Source: an uncultured delta proteobacterium (GTDB lineage: Bacteria > Desulfobacterota > BSN033 > UBA1163). Taken from it: a DNA stretch of 64,000 nucleotides. A program made the translations under genes and the position numbers. The stretch is taken from assembly GCA_963827685.1 (NCBI GenBank), contig CAWHBU010000002.1:1152001-1216000 (forward strand). Reading direction: 5' to 3'. The notes under the pieces are model-generated. The model did no database searches. It was not told where the DNA came from and saw nothing but the letters and a program-made list of their open reading frames with translations. Below, in pieces: positions 13,471 to 22,066 of the stretch (position 1 is its first letter; every line of letters starts with the position of its first letter).

Positions 13471-13630
13471 AGTGGAGCCCCACGGGCTAAAGCCCGTGGC
13501 TCCTCCACATGCTTCGTCGGGCGGAACCCTCCGAAGCACACCCTACTACGCTCCTTTGGAGCTTCGAAGGGTACCCTCCCCGCATTCATCCACGGGCCAA
13601 AGACCCGTGGCTTTCTGCGTAGGAGGGTAG
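13471..13630. mobile_element. Non-autonomous IS200/IS605-derived miniature element
   Basis: Terminal hairpins CCACGGGCTAAAGCCCGTGG and CCACGGGCCAAAGACCCGTGG; the second sits in the same TTCATCC-hairpin context as the left ends of the three IS200 copies. Confidence 0.65.
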
Positions 13631-13675
13631 AGCCATGTAATCGAAAACCGAAGTTAAAGCATACATTGAAAGATC

Positions 13676-14014
13676 TTACTTTGGAAATCCCGCCAGATAC
13701 TCTTTAACCAACAACTCATTTTTGTTCTGGAGTTTTTGCATCTCACCCAATTCCACATTTTCAAGAGCCAGTTTCATCCTTTTATTTCTCAAACGGGTAA
13801 TTTCAGCATCCAAATATTGAATGGTATTGGCAACCGCCTCTGCCATGGAGGAGATCGACTCCTGAGCCTTTTCAAAGGTCTCTTTATCCAAATAAGCCCG
13901 GTTCAAAAGATGAAATCGTTCAAAGAATTTTTGAAACTTCTCCACCTCTTCTTTCTTTCCCTTCTTTTTTGAATCCAGTTTTTTCGCCAACTCCAAAAAT
14001 TTGTCTAAATCCAT
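13676..14014 (-). CDS. Small coiled-coil hypothetical protein, divergent from glnA
   Basis: 112-aa Lys/Glu-rich ORF with GGGAG SD. Confidence 0.65.
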   Translation of the reverse strand: MDLDKFLELAKKLDSKKKGKKEEVEKFQKFFERFHLLNRAYLDKETFEKAQESISSMAEAVANTIQYLDAEITRLRNKRMKLALENVELGEMQKLQNKNELLVKEYLAGFPK

Positions 14015-14113
14015 AGAATTTTTCTCCCGAATTCTTCGATTTGACCTTTTCCTTAAATCTATGAAAACGGTTCGCCTTTGTCAATCCTTTTATATTGGAA
14101 TATTGGATCTTTC

Positions 14114-14148
14114 TGCCTTTTTTTAAACAGCCTGTTTAAAATTCATCA
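14114..14148 (+). promoter_or_regulatory. Putative enhancer-binding-protein site: two 16-bp TG-N12-CA boxes separated by GCC
   Basis: TGCCTTTTTTTAAACA-GCC-TGTTTAAAATTCATCA; core TTTAAACAG-C-CTGTTTAAA is palindromic; ~116 bp upstream of a sigma54 promoter. Confidence 0.65.
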
Positions 14149-14263
14149 GTCGCTTCCAATCCTAAGACCTTTTTGAGATTATCATTCTTCTTATACGAAA
14201 AATAAATTCATGTAATTTCATGAAGTTATAAAGCTGTAACTTATTTACATGTATATCCGATAA

Positions 14264-14279
14264 TGGCACATAATTTGCT
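14264..14279 (+). promoter_or_regulatory. Sigma54 promoter of glnA1 operon
   Basis: TGGCACATAATTTGCT, near-consensus. Confidence 0.9.
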
Positions 14280-14292
14280 CTTTAATTTGCCA

Positions 14293-14346
14293 GATACAGC
14301 GCTGTATTGGACTGACAAGGGCGTCTCCAGCACGGGACGCCTTTTT
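14293..14346 (+). promoter_or_regulatory. ANTAR-type dual hexaloop leader overlapping an intrinsic terminator
   Basis: P1 ATAC-AGCGCT-GTAT, P2 GAC-AAGGGC-GTC (loop A1/G4); P2 overlaps GGCGTC...GACGCC-TTTTT. Confidence 0.75.
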
Positions 14347-14385
14347 AATCATTTCAAAATCCCATTAAACAGGAGGAAAATTTCT

Positions 14386-15819
14386 ATGAGTCCTAAAGAC
14401 GTGGTGAAGATGATCAAGGAAACCGGAGTTCAAATCGTCGATTTGAAATTCAATGACCTTCCGGGACTATGGCAACATTTCTCGATGCCCGTTTCAGAAC
14501 TATCGGAAATGGACGACCTCACGGATAGCATCTTCGTCGAAGGAGTCGGGTTCGATGGTTCAAGTATCCGCGGGTTTCAAAAAATCGAGGAGAGCGACAT
14601 GATTTTGATCCCAGATCCTTCGACGGCCGTAGTGGATCCAATCTGTGAAATCCCAACCATGAGTCTCATCTGTGATATCTACGACCCCATTACTAAAAAA
14701 CCTTATTCCAGGGATCCAAGGTATGTGGCCAAGAAGGCCGAACAGTACTTAAAAAAATCCGGGATTGCGGATCAGAGTTACTGGGGACCGGAGATGGAAT
14801 TCTTCATCTTTAATGACATTCGATTTGATCAAACGGAGAATGCCGGCTATTACTTCATCGATTCAACCGAAGGTGAGTGGAACTCAGGAAGGGAAGAGAA
14901 ACCGAACTTGGGATACAAACCGCGGTATAAAGAGGGATACTTCCCGGTTCCTCCCACCGATTCCCAACAGGATCTCCGGAGCGAAATCATCCTAACGATG
15001 ATTAAAGCTGGCATCGGCATCGAAGTTCATCATCATGAAGTCGCTACGGCTGGACAGGCAGAGATCGATATGAAGTTCGATTCCCTCGTGGTCATGGCGG
15101 ATAGATGTCTGATGTACAAATATATTGTCAAAAACATTGCCCGGAAACATGGGATGGTGGCCACTTTCATGGCGAAGCCCCTCTTTGGTGACAACGGGAG
15201 CGGCATGCATACCCACCAAAGTCTGTTCAGAAACGGAGAGAACATCTTCTTCGATCCTAAGGGATATGCTCTCATCAGCCAAACAGCGAAATATTATATC
15301 GGTGGACTTCTGAAGCACGCCGATGCCTTGATGGGATTCTGTGCTCCTACGACCAATTCCTACAAGCGACTGGTTCCGGGTTACGAAGCCCCGGTGAACC
15401 TCACTTATTCACAAAGGAACCGGAGTGCAGCGATTCGGATTCCGGTTTACTCTGAGAATCCAAAGACCAAACGGATCGAATTCAGGCCTCCCGATAATAC
15501 CTGCAATCCCTATTTGGCCTTTTCAGCCATGTTGATGGCTGGCCTTGACGGAATAAAGAGAAAGATCGATCCCGGTGAACCGATGGACAAAGACACTTAC
15601 CACCTGACAGGCAAGGATAAAGCAAAGGTCAAGACGGTACCGGGATCTCTTGAAGATTCCTTAAATGCTCTCGAGAAGGACCAGCAGTTTCTCCTGGAGG
15701 GGGATGTCTTTACCAAGGATGTGATCGACGTTTGGCTTGAATATAAGCGAGAGAAGGAGATCGATGCCGTGAGGCTACGTCCCCATCCCTACGAATTTTA
15801 TCTCTACTTCGATATTTAA
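14386..15819 (+). CDS. glnA: Glutamine synthetase type I-beta
   Basis: FDGSSIRGF, HHHEVATAGQAE, KPLFGDNGSGMHTHQSL, NSYKRLVPGYEAP, GSI-beta insertion, adenylylation-site Tyr (PMDKDTYHL). Confidence 0.97.
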   Translation: MSPKDVVKMIKETGVQIVDLKFNDLPGLWQHFSMPVSELSEMDDLTDSIFVEGVGFDGSSIRGFQKIEESDMILIPDPSTAVVDPICEIPTMSLICDIYDPITKKPYSRDPRYVAKKAEQYLKKSGIADQSYWGPEMEFFIFNDIRFDQTENAGYYFIDSTEGEWNSGREEKPNLGYKPRYKEGYFPVPPTDSQQDLRSEIILTMIKAGIGIEVHHHEVATAGQAEIDMKFDSLVVMADRCLMYKYIVKNIARKHGMVATFMAKPLFGDNGSGMHTHQSLFRNGENIFFDPKGYALISQTAKYYIGGLLKHADALMGFCAPTTNSYKRLVPGYEAPVNLTYSQRNRSAAIRIPVYSENPKTKRIEFRPPDNTCNPYLAFSAMLMAGLDGIKRKIDPGEPMDKDTYHLTGKDKAKVKTVPGSLEDSLNALEKDQQFLLEGDVFTKDVIDVWLEYKREKEIDAVRLRPHPYEFYLYFDI

Positions 15820-15834
15820 GGAGGGAATCAGGTT

Positions 15835-17007
15835 ATGAGACTCACCAGGCCTTGGTTCGAAAAAGAAATTTCTGGTTGTTCCCTTACCGGGTTTATTAAT
15901 GAGGACGGGAAAAGAGTCAGCGGAGAGGCGATCATCCAATCCATTGCCTTGATGAACGAGCGTTCGAATGGTTTGGGAGGAGGCTTCGCAGGTTATGGGA
16001 TCTATCCTGAGATGAAAGACCTCTACGTTCTCCATCTCATGTACGATGACATTGCGGCCAAAGAAGAGACGGAGCGAATCTTAAATGAATCCCTCTTCAT
16101 CGAACTCCAGGAAAAGATTCCGACCCGGAAAACAAAAGGGATTCATCATCCCCCTCTTCTTGTGAGATATTTCGCCAAAGTGGATGAGAACAGACTTTTT
16201 GAAATGGAAATTTCAGAGGAAGATTACATCGTTCAAACCGTGATGATGATTAACAGCCGAATTAAGGGTGCCTATGTCTTCTCCAGTGGAAAGAACATGG
16301 GCACCTTTAAGGCGGTAGGCTTTCCTGACGATGTAGGGAAGTTTTACCGGTTAGAGGAATACCAGGGTTATACGTGGATTGCCCATGGCCGCTTCCCTAC
16401 CAATACTCCAGGATGGTGGGGAGGAGCTCACCCCTTCACCCTGCTCGATTTCGCAGTGGTCCACAATGGAGAGATCTCGTCTTACGGGATTAACAAACGC
16501 TATCTCGAGATGTTTGGATATCAGTGCACCCTGAGAACCGATACGGAGGTGATGGCTTATCTCTTCGACCTCCTCCTGAGAAAACATCGTCTTCCGATTG
16601 AGGTGGCTTGTATGGCCTTAGCTTCTCCCACATGGTCAGAGATCGATCATTATGACGGGAAAATGGAATTAGCTAAGGCTATCAGAACTGTCTACGGAAG
16701 TGCCTTGGTCAATGGCCCATTTGCGATCCTTTTGGGTCACAAGAAAGGATTGATCGGTCTTAACGATAGAATTAAGTTGAGGCCCCTCGTTGCTGGGAGG
16801 AAAGACAATACCCTTTATATCGCCAGTGAAGAAGCAGGAATTAGAGAAATTTGTCCCTCCCCGGATAAAGTGTGGTCTCCTAAGGCCGGCGAACCTATCA
16901 CGGGATGGTTGAAGGAGGATCATCAGAATGAATTTAAGTCATCTCGAATCCGAATTTCAGATCGAGAGAAATCCAGACCGGTGTATTCAGTGCCAGGTAT
17001 GTGTTAG
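15835..17007 (+). CDS. Glutamate synthase amidotransferase subunit (archaeal-type GltB1, class II GATase)
   Basis: ISG-C near N-terminus, ERSNGLGGGFAGYG, HGRFPTNT, HPF, HNGEI, TDTE, NGPF. Confidence 0.9.
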   Translation: MRLTRPWFEKEISGCSLTGFINEDGKRVSGEAIIQSIALMNERSNGLGGGFAGYGIYPEMKDLYVLHLMYDDIAAKEETERILNESLFIELQEKIPTRKTKGIHHPPLLVRYFAKVDENRLFEMEISEEDYIVQTVMMINSRIKGAYVFSSGKNMGTFKAVGFPDDVGKFYRLEEYQGYTWIAHGRFPTNTPGWWGGAHPFTLLDFAVVHNGEISSYGINKRYLEMFGYQCTLRTDTEVMAYLFDLLLRKHRLPIEVACMALASPTWSEIDHYDGKMELAKAIRTVYGSALVNGPFAILLGHKKGLIGLNDRIKLRPLVAGRKDNTLYIASEEAGIREICPSPDKVWSPKAGEPITGWLKEDHQNEFKSSRIRISDREKSRPVYSVPGMC

Positions 17008-18442
17008 GCAGTGTGCCTTTGAAGGTCACTCCTACGATCCTGAAAATAGCCAGGTCAATTCTAACGAAGAAGTGTGCGTGGGCTGCCACCGTTGTGTCAC
17101 CCTTTGCCCTACCAATGCCCTGACCGTTCGACAGAATCCTCTTGAATTCAGGGAAAATGGCAACTGGACAGGTTGGGCCATCCGCAACATCATTAGGCAG
17201 GCAGAGACAGGCGGTGTGCTTCTGACCGGGATGGGGAATGACCGGCCCTACCCGATCTACTGGGACCATCTCCTCCTCAATGCCAGCCAGGTGACGAATC
17301 CCTCTATTGATCCCCTGAGAGAACCCATGGAACTCAGGACCTATCTGGGGAGAAAACCCGATAAATTAGAGGTGGATTTCAACGGGAGAAATTTTCAACT
17401 GAAGGAACCTCTTCCTCCCCAGTTAAAATTAGAGACACCGATTCTCTTTTCCGCCATGTCTTATGGCGCCATTAGTTATAATGCCTGTGAGTCTTTAGCC
17501 AGAGCTGCAGAGGCCCTGGGCATTTGTTGCAACACCGGTGAAGGCGGTCTTCATCCCAATCTCTATAAATACGGCAAGAATACCATCGTTCAAGTCGCTT
17601 CAGGTCGATTCGGTGTCCACAAAGATTATCTCGATACAGCGGCTGCCATTGAAATTAAGATCGGGCAGGGGGCGAAGCCAGGCATCGGAGGTCACCTCCC
17701 CGGGGAAAAAGTTGTAGAGGACATCTCGAAGACGAGAATGATTCCCAAGGGCACGGACGCCCTCTCCCCTGCCCCCCAGCACGATATCTATTCGATTGAA
17801 GACCTGCGGATGCTCATCTACGCCCTCAAAGAGGCAACCCGATATAGCAAACCGATCTCCGTGAAGATCGCCGCCGTCCATAATGCCGCGGCTATTGCCA
17901 GCGGCATGGTAAGGGCGGGGGCTGACATCATTGCGTTAGATGGATTCCGTGGAGGAACAGGAGCAGCCCCCACCGTGATCCGTGATAACGTGGGTATCCC
18001 GATTGAGTTTGCCTTGGCTGCTGTGGATCAGCGCCTCAGAGAAGAGGGAATCCGTCATCAGGCCTCCCTCTTAGTGGCTGGAGGATTCCGTAACAGCGCG
18101 GATATTTTCAAAGCCATTGCTTTAGGTGCGGATGCGGTTTACATCGGGACTGCAGCCCTCATCGCCATGGGCTGTCATGTCTGTCAAAAATGTTATACAG
18201 GCAAGTGCAATTGGGGAATTGCCACACAAGACCCGTATCTTGAGAAAAGACTGAATCCAGATATTGCAACAGAGAGGCTGATCAATCTGATCCACGCATG
18301 GAGCCATGAGATAAAGGAGATGTTGGGTGGGATGGGAATCAATGCGATTGAATCCCTTCGTGGGAACCGGTTGGCCTTACGAGGAATTGGACTCACGGAT
18401 ACGGAATTAGATATCCTCGGAGTCTTACCCGCAGGAAGGTAA
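16928..18442 (+). CDS. Glutamate synthase FMN-binding subunit with N-terminal 2x[4Fe-4S] (archaeal-type GltB2)
   Basis: CIQCQVCVRQC, CVGCHRCVTLCP, AMSYGA, NTGEGG, QVASGRFG, GQGAKPGIGGHLPG, CHVCQKCYTGKC. Confidence 0.93.
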   Translation: MNLSHLESEFQIERNPDRCIQCQVCVRQCAFEGHSYDPENSQVNSNEEVCVGCHRCVTLCPTNALTVRQNPLEFRENGNWTGWAIRNIIRQAETGGVLLTGMGNDRPYPIYWDHLLLNASQVTNPSIDPLREPMELRTYLGRKPDKLEVDFNGRNFQLKEPLPPQLKLETPILFSAMSYGAISYNACESLARAAEALGICCNTGEGGLHPNLYKYGKNTIVQVASGRFGVHKDYLDTAAAIEIKIGQGAKPGIGGHLPGEKVVEDISKTRMIPKGTDALSPAPQHDIYSIEDLRMLIYALKEATRYSKPISVKIAAVHNAAAIASGMVRAGADIIALDGFRGGTGAAPTVIRDNVGIPIEFALAAVDQRLREEGIRHQASLLVAGGFRNSADIFKAIALGADAVYIGTAALIAMGCHVCQKCYTGKCNWGIATQDPYLEKRLNPDIATERLINLIHAWSHEIKEMLGGMGINAIESLRGNRLALRGIGLTDTELDILGVLPAGR

Positions 18443-18494
18443 ACCAAGCATTTTCGCCCTCTCTCTTGACGGGAGAGGGCGAGGGTGAGGGTGA

Positions 18495-18935
18495 ATGAAA
18501 CGAATCTTTGTCAAAGAAGAAGTCTGCATGGGATGCCGCCTCTGCGAAATCCATTGCCTTGTGGAGCATTCAAAGTCCAAAAATATTTTTAAGGCCTTCA
18601 AGGAGGAAAATCCTCGTGCCCTTCCTCGAATCTTCGTGGAGGAGAAAGGAACGCTTTCCTTTGGACTTCAATGTCGCCATTGTGAAGAACCCTTTTGCTT
18701 AGAAGCCTGTCTGAGTGGGGCTCTTTACCGGGATGAGAAAACAGGTGCCATTCTTCACAACAAGGACCAATGTGTGGGATGCTGGATGTGTGTGATGGTT
18801 TGTCCTTATGGTGCCATCCAAAGAGATTTGAACGGGAAGAAGGCTGCTTCAAAATGTGACCTTTGTGTGGGGAAGGAGACGCCGATTTGTGTGATGAAAT
18901 GCCCTAATCATGCATTGGAATTTCGGGAGTCCTGA
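18495..18935 (+). CDS. 4Fe-4S dicluster electron-transfer protein (CooF/HycB-like)
   Basis: Four Cys groups, e.g. CMGCRLCEIHC, CRHCEEPFC, CVGCWMCVMVCP. Confidence 0.9.
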   Translation: MKRIFVKEEVCMGCRLCEIHCLVEHSKSKNIFKAFKEENPRALPRIFVEEKGTLSFGLQCRHCEEPFCLEACLSGALYRDEKTGAILHNKDQCVGCWMCVMVCPYGAIQRDLNGKKAASKCDLCVGKETPICVMKCPNHALEFRES

Positions 18936-18937
18936 GA

Positions 18938-20203
18938 ATGAGGATCGTCATCATAGGGAATTCAGCAGCGGCCGTGGGGGCCATTGAAGCGGTTCGAAAA
19001 GTGGATCGTTCTACCCTCATCACGGTCATCTCTGATGAACCCCATTCCGTTTATTCCCGACCTCTTATCTCCTATTTTTTAGCTGGAGAAATCAAACAGG
19101 AGCAGCTCTATTACCGGCCAAAAGACTTCTATGAAAAGAACCGTGTTCGAACCCTCCTGGGAAGGCATGTGGTCAAGGCTACTTTTGGAGAAAAGGCGGT
19201 TCAATTAAATAACGGAGAAAAGATTTCTTATGATCGTCTTCTCATTTCGACAGGGGGGAAACCTTTTCTCCCCAAAATGGAAGGACTCGACAAACCTGGA
19301 GTCCATACATTTACCACACTGGAGGATGCCAAGAAAATTTTGTCAGTTTTAAAAGATGTTCAAAAGGCGGTCGTCATCGGTGGAGGGTTGATCGGGCTGA
19401 AGGCAGCCGAAGCCTTAAAGAAGAGAAACATAGAAGTGACTGTTGTCGAGTTGGCTGATCATATCCTCAGTCTAACGATGGATGAAACCGCTTCTTCCAT
19501 CCTTGAAAAGGCATTGAAGAAAGAAGGAGTCCATCTGATCACTTCCAATACCGTTGAGGCGATTTTGGGCGATGGCCGTGTGGAATCGGTTCGTCTTGCC
19601 GATGGGAAATTGCTCAAGACGCAGCTAGTTGTCGTGGCGATCGGCGTCATCCCAAATGTGGATCCCTTCAGAGGGACCTCCCTTCGTATCGAAAAAGGAA
19701 TCCTCGTCGATGAACGGATGGAAACGAACATCCCGGATGTCTATGCGGCCGGCGATGTGACCCAAGCTTACGATAAAATCCTCAAAAGCTATCGCACGAT
19801 TCCGATATGGCCCAATGCCTATAGTCAAGGGAAAATAGCTGGATACCAAATGACGGGAAATAAGAAATATCAATACGGAGGAAGTTTCATGATGAATTCC
19901 ATCGAAGTGGCTCATATCCCGACCGTCTCCATCGGTCTTACTGACCCTCCTCCTGATGATGGTTACCAGGTTCTTAAAAAATTTGATCGGGGTTCCGGTG
20001 TTTACCGGAAGGTGATCTTGAGAGGAGATGTAATCGTCGGCGCCATCTTTACAGGACAGATTGACCGGGCTGGGATTATGACAGGGTTATTGAGAGATGG
20101 GGTCAAGGTGAGAGGATTTAAGAAAGAATTGGTGAGTGAACAGTTTGGTTTTGTCTCCCTCCCTAAAGCCTTAAGGAAGGAGAGACTGCTGAATTTGAAA
20201 TGA
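18938..20203 (+). CDS. NAD(P)H/FAD-dependent oxidoreductase (NirB N-terminal-like), probable electron input for the split glutamate synthase
   Basis: IIGNSAAAVGA, VIGGGLIGL, TNIPDVYAAGD. Confidence 0.88.
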   Translation: MRIVIIGNSAAAVGAIEAVRKVDRSTLITVISDEPHSVYSRPLISYFLAGEIKQEQLYYRPKDFYEKNRVRTLLGRHVVKATFGEKAVQLNNGEKISYDRLLISTGGKPFLPKMEGLDKPGVHTFTTLEDAKKILSVLKDVQKAVVIGGGLIGLKAAEALKKRNIEVTVVELADHILSLTMDETASSILEKALKKEGVHLITSNTVEAILGDGRVESVRLADGKLLKTQLVVVAIGVIPNVDPFRGTSLRIEKGILVDERMETNIPDVYAAGDVTQAYDKILKSYRTIPIWPNAYSQGKIAGYQMTGNKKYQYGGSFMMNSIEVAHIPTVSIGLTDPPPDDGYQVLKKFDRGSGVYRKVILRGDVIVGAIFTGQIDRAGIMTGLLRDGVKVRGFKKELVSEQFGFVSLPKALRKERLLNLK

Positions 20204-20940
20204 AAAGGATGGAAATTAACGCCAAAAATCTTTACTACCGGAAACTGAATGAACAAGTCCATCAAGCCATCGGACAAGGCGCAAGAGACATCTTCCTTCG
20301 AAATGTGAATGGACAACGCTACATCGGTGATGGGATTCGGGGGAATATAAAGATCAAAATCGAAGGAGTTCCAGGAAACGACCTGGCCGCCTTTATGGAT
20401 GGTCCGACCATCATCACTCAATCAAGCGCTCAAGACGCGGTTGCCAACACGATGAATGCCGGGAAAATTGTCGTTCATGGAGATGCGGGAGATGTGCTTG
20501 GATACGGGATGAGAGGAGGTAAACTTTTTGTTAGAGGGGATGTCGGGTACCGTGTCGGCATCCACATGAAATCTTTTAAGAAACAGATTCCCGTTATTAT
20601 TATCGGAGGAACAGCAAGAGATTTTCTCGGAGAATATCAGGCAGGGGGCGTAATCATTCTGCTTGGTTTGGAAAGGAACGGAAGGCCTCTTGCGGGGAAT
20701 TACATTGGCACCGGGATGCATGGAGGTGTAATCTATATCCGGGGGAAAGTGGACCCTTTTCAACTGGGAAAGGAGGTCTCCATTTCTCCCGTTGATGGAA
20801 CGGATGATGAACGATTAAGACTTTACCTGAAGGAATACTGTGAAGATTTCAGTCTTTCGTTAGACGAGGTGATGGGGCAAAAGTTCATCAAACTTCTACC
20901 CACCCATTTAAGGCCCTATGGGAAAATTTATGCTTATTAG
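20200..20940 (+). CDS. Glutamate synthase GXGXG beta-helix subunit (GltB3)
   Basis: NGQRYIGDG, repeated MxxG-x-hhh-G units, YIGTGMHGG. Confidence 0.9.
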   Translation: MKRMEINAKNLYYRKLNEQVHQAIGQGARDIFLRNVNGQRYIGDGIRGNIKIKIEGVPGNDLAAFMDGPTIITQSSAQDAVANTMNAGKIVVHGDAGDVLGYGMRGGKLFVRGDVGYRVGIHMKSFKKQIPVIIIGGTARDFLGEYQAGGVIILLGLERNGRPLAGNYIGTGMHGGVIYIRGKVDPFQLGKEVSISPVDGTDDERLRLYLKEYCEDFSLSLDEVMGQKFIKLLPTHLRPYGKIYAY

Positions 20941-20970
20941 GGGTGAGACCCCAGGCAAGGAGGTAGCCTT

Positions 20971-21288
20971 ATGGAAGAAACCCGCTTGTTGAAACTCCTT
21001 CCCCGTGCCAAGAAGGAAGAGAGCCAAGTTGACGGTCACTTGGACCCTCTCGTTCGTTTTAAGGGAGTGGTTCTAAATCTAACCGAAAGCGCATCGGACT
21101 GTTTGAATCGAATCTCCCAGCGAGAGATGCAAAAGGATTCTCCTTCGCCAACCCTCATGGAGGATTACTTTCTCCTACACCACTACCTCGATTTCATCGA
21201 AAGATTGTGCCGAGGCAAGAAGGATTCTTCTTCGTCAGCCCTCACGGAAGAATACCTTCTCCTGCACGAATCTATGCATTTCGAATAG
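20971..21288 (+). CDS. Small hypothetical protein, tandem paralog A
   Basis: AGGAGGT SD; near-identical to 21428-21685. Confidence 0.65.
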   Translation: MEETRLLKLLPRAKKEESQVDGHLDPLVRFKGVVLNLTESASDCLNRISQREMQKDSPSPTLMEDYFLLHHYLDFIERLCRGKKDSSSSALTEEYLLLHESMHFE

Positions 21289-21427
21289 AGGCAAAAAAGG
21301 GGGGGCTAACAACCGATCATAGTATTTACGAATGGCATTGGAAATCGCGTCGGCAACCACGTGAAGTCTTTGAAAAAACAGATGCCAGTTATCATCAGCG
21401 GAGGAACCACAAGGAGGAGGTGGCCTT

Positions 21428-21685
21428 ATGAAAGAACCTCACTTTTTAAAACTCATTCCCCCTGCCAAGAAGGAAGAAAGCCAGGTTGACGATCACTCGG
21501 ACCCTCTCGTTCGTTTTAGGGGAGTGGTTCTAAATCTAACCGAAAGCGCATCGGACTGTTTGAATCGAATTTCCCAGCGAGAGACCCAAAAAGATTCTCC
21601 TTCGCCAATCCTCATGGAGGATTACTTTCTCCTGCACCACTACCTCGATTTCATTAAAAGACTGTGCCAAGGAAAGTCGGTTTAA
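21428..21685 (+). CDS. Small hypothetical protein, tandem paralog B
   Basis: GGAGGT SD; near-identical to 20971-21288 but lacks the C-terminal extension. Confidence 0.65.
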   Translation: MKEPHFLKLIPPAKKEESQVDDHSDPLVRFRGVVLNLTESASDCLNRISQRETQKDSPSPILMEDYFLLHHYLDFIKRLCQGKSV

Positions 21686-21957
21686 TTTTGGTACAGGAGA
21701 CCTCGATGGTGAATTACTACCACCTACACTACTATTGCAACCACAACAAGACAGATACTTTCTTCAATATTCTTTAATATTCTTCCTCATTTCGTCCCTC
21801 TTTGTCTCCCCCAAAGAAGAACTGCCCCAATGCAACTACGTCGCAGAAAGAAAAAGGATTAGAGAATGTTTGGCATCGTCGGATATCTCGCAATATGCCC
21901 TGCTTCTTTGTCTTGACAATGGAAAGGGGTTTATGTTATTTGGTCTATAACTCCGTA

Positions 21958-22034
21958 AATACGAAGGGGTATTGACTAGACAAGGGCGTCTTCTCCCGGA
22001 ATGTATTCCGGGTTTAATAGAGGCCCTTTTTTTT
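21958..22034 (+). promoter_or_regulatory. ANTAR-type dual hexaloop leader overlapping an intrinsic terminator
   Basis: P1 AATAC-GAAGGG-GTATT, P2 AGAC-AAGGGC-GTCT; AAGGGCGTCT can pair with AGAGGCCCTT followed by a T tract; TTGACA at 21913 upstream. Confidence 0.72.
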
Positions 22035-22066
22035 AACCTTTTATAGCTTTAGAAGAGGAGGAAGAG

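Noticed and set aside
14263-14385. Extended glnA start at 14263
   Set aside because: Lies within the sigma54 promoter; ATG 14386 has an AGGAGG SD and matches the GS N-terminus
21343-21358. TGGCATTGGAAATCGC as a sigma54 promoter
   Set aside because: GG-to-GC spacing is one base too long
21706-21777. 23-aa His/Tyr-rich ORF (MVNYYHLHYYCNHNK...)
   Set aside because: Composition is explained by low-complexity CTA/CCA sequence; no independent support
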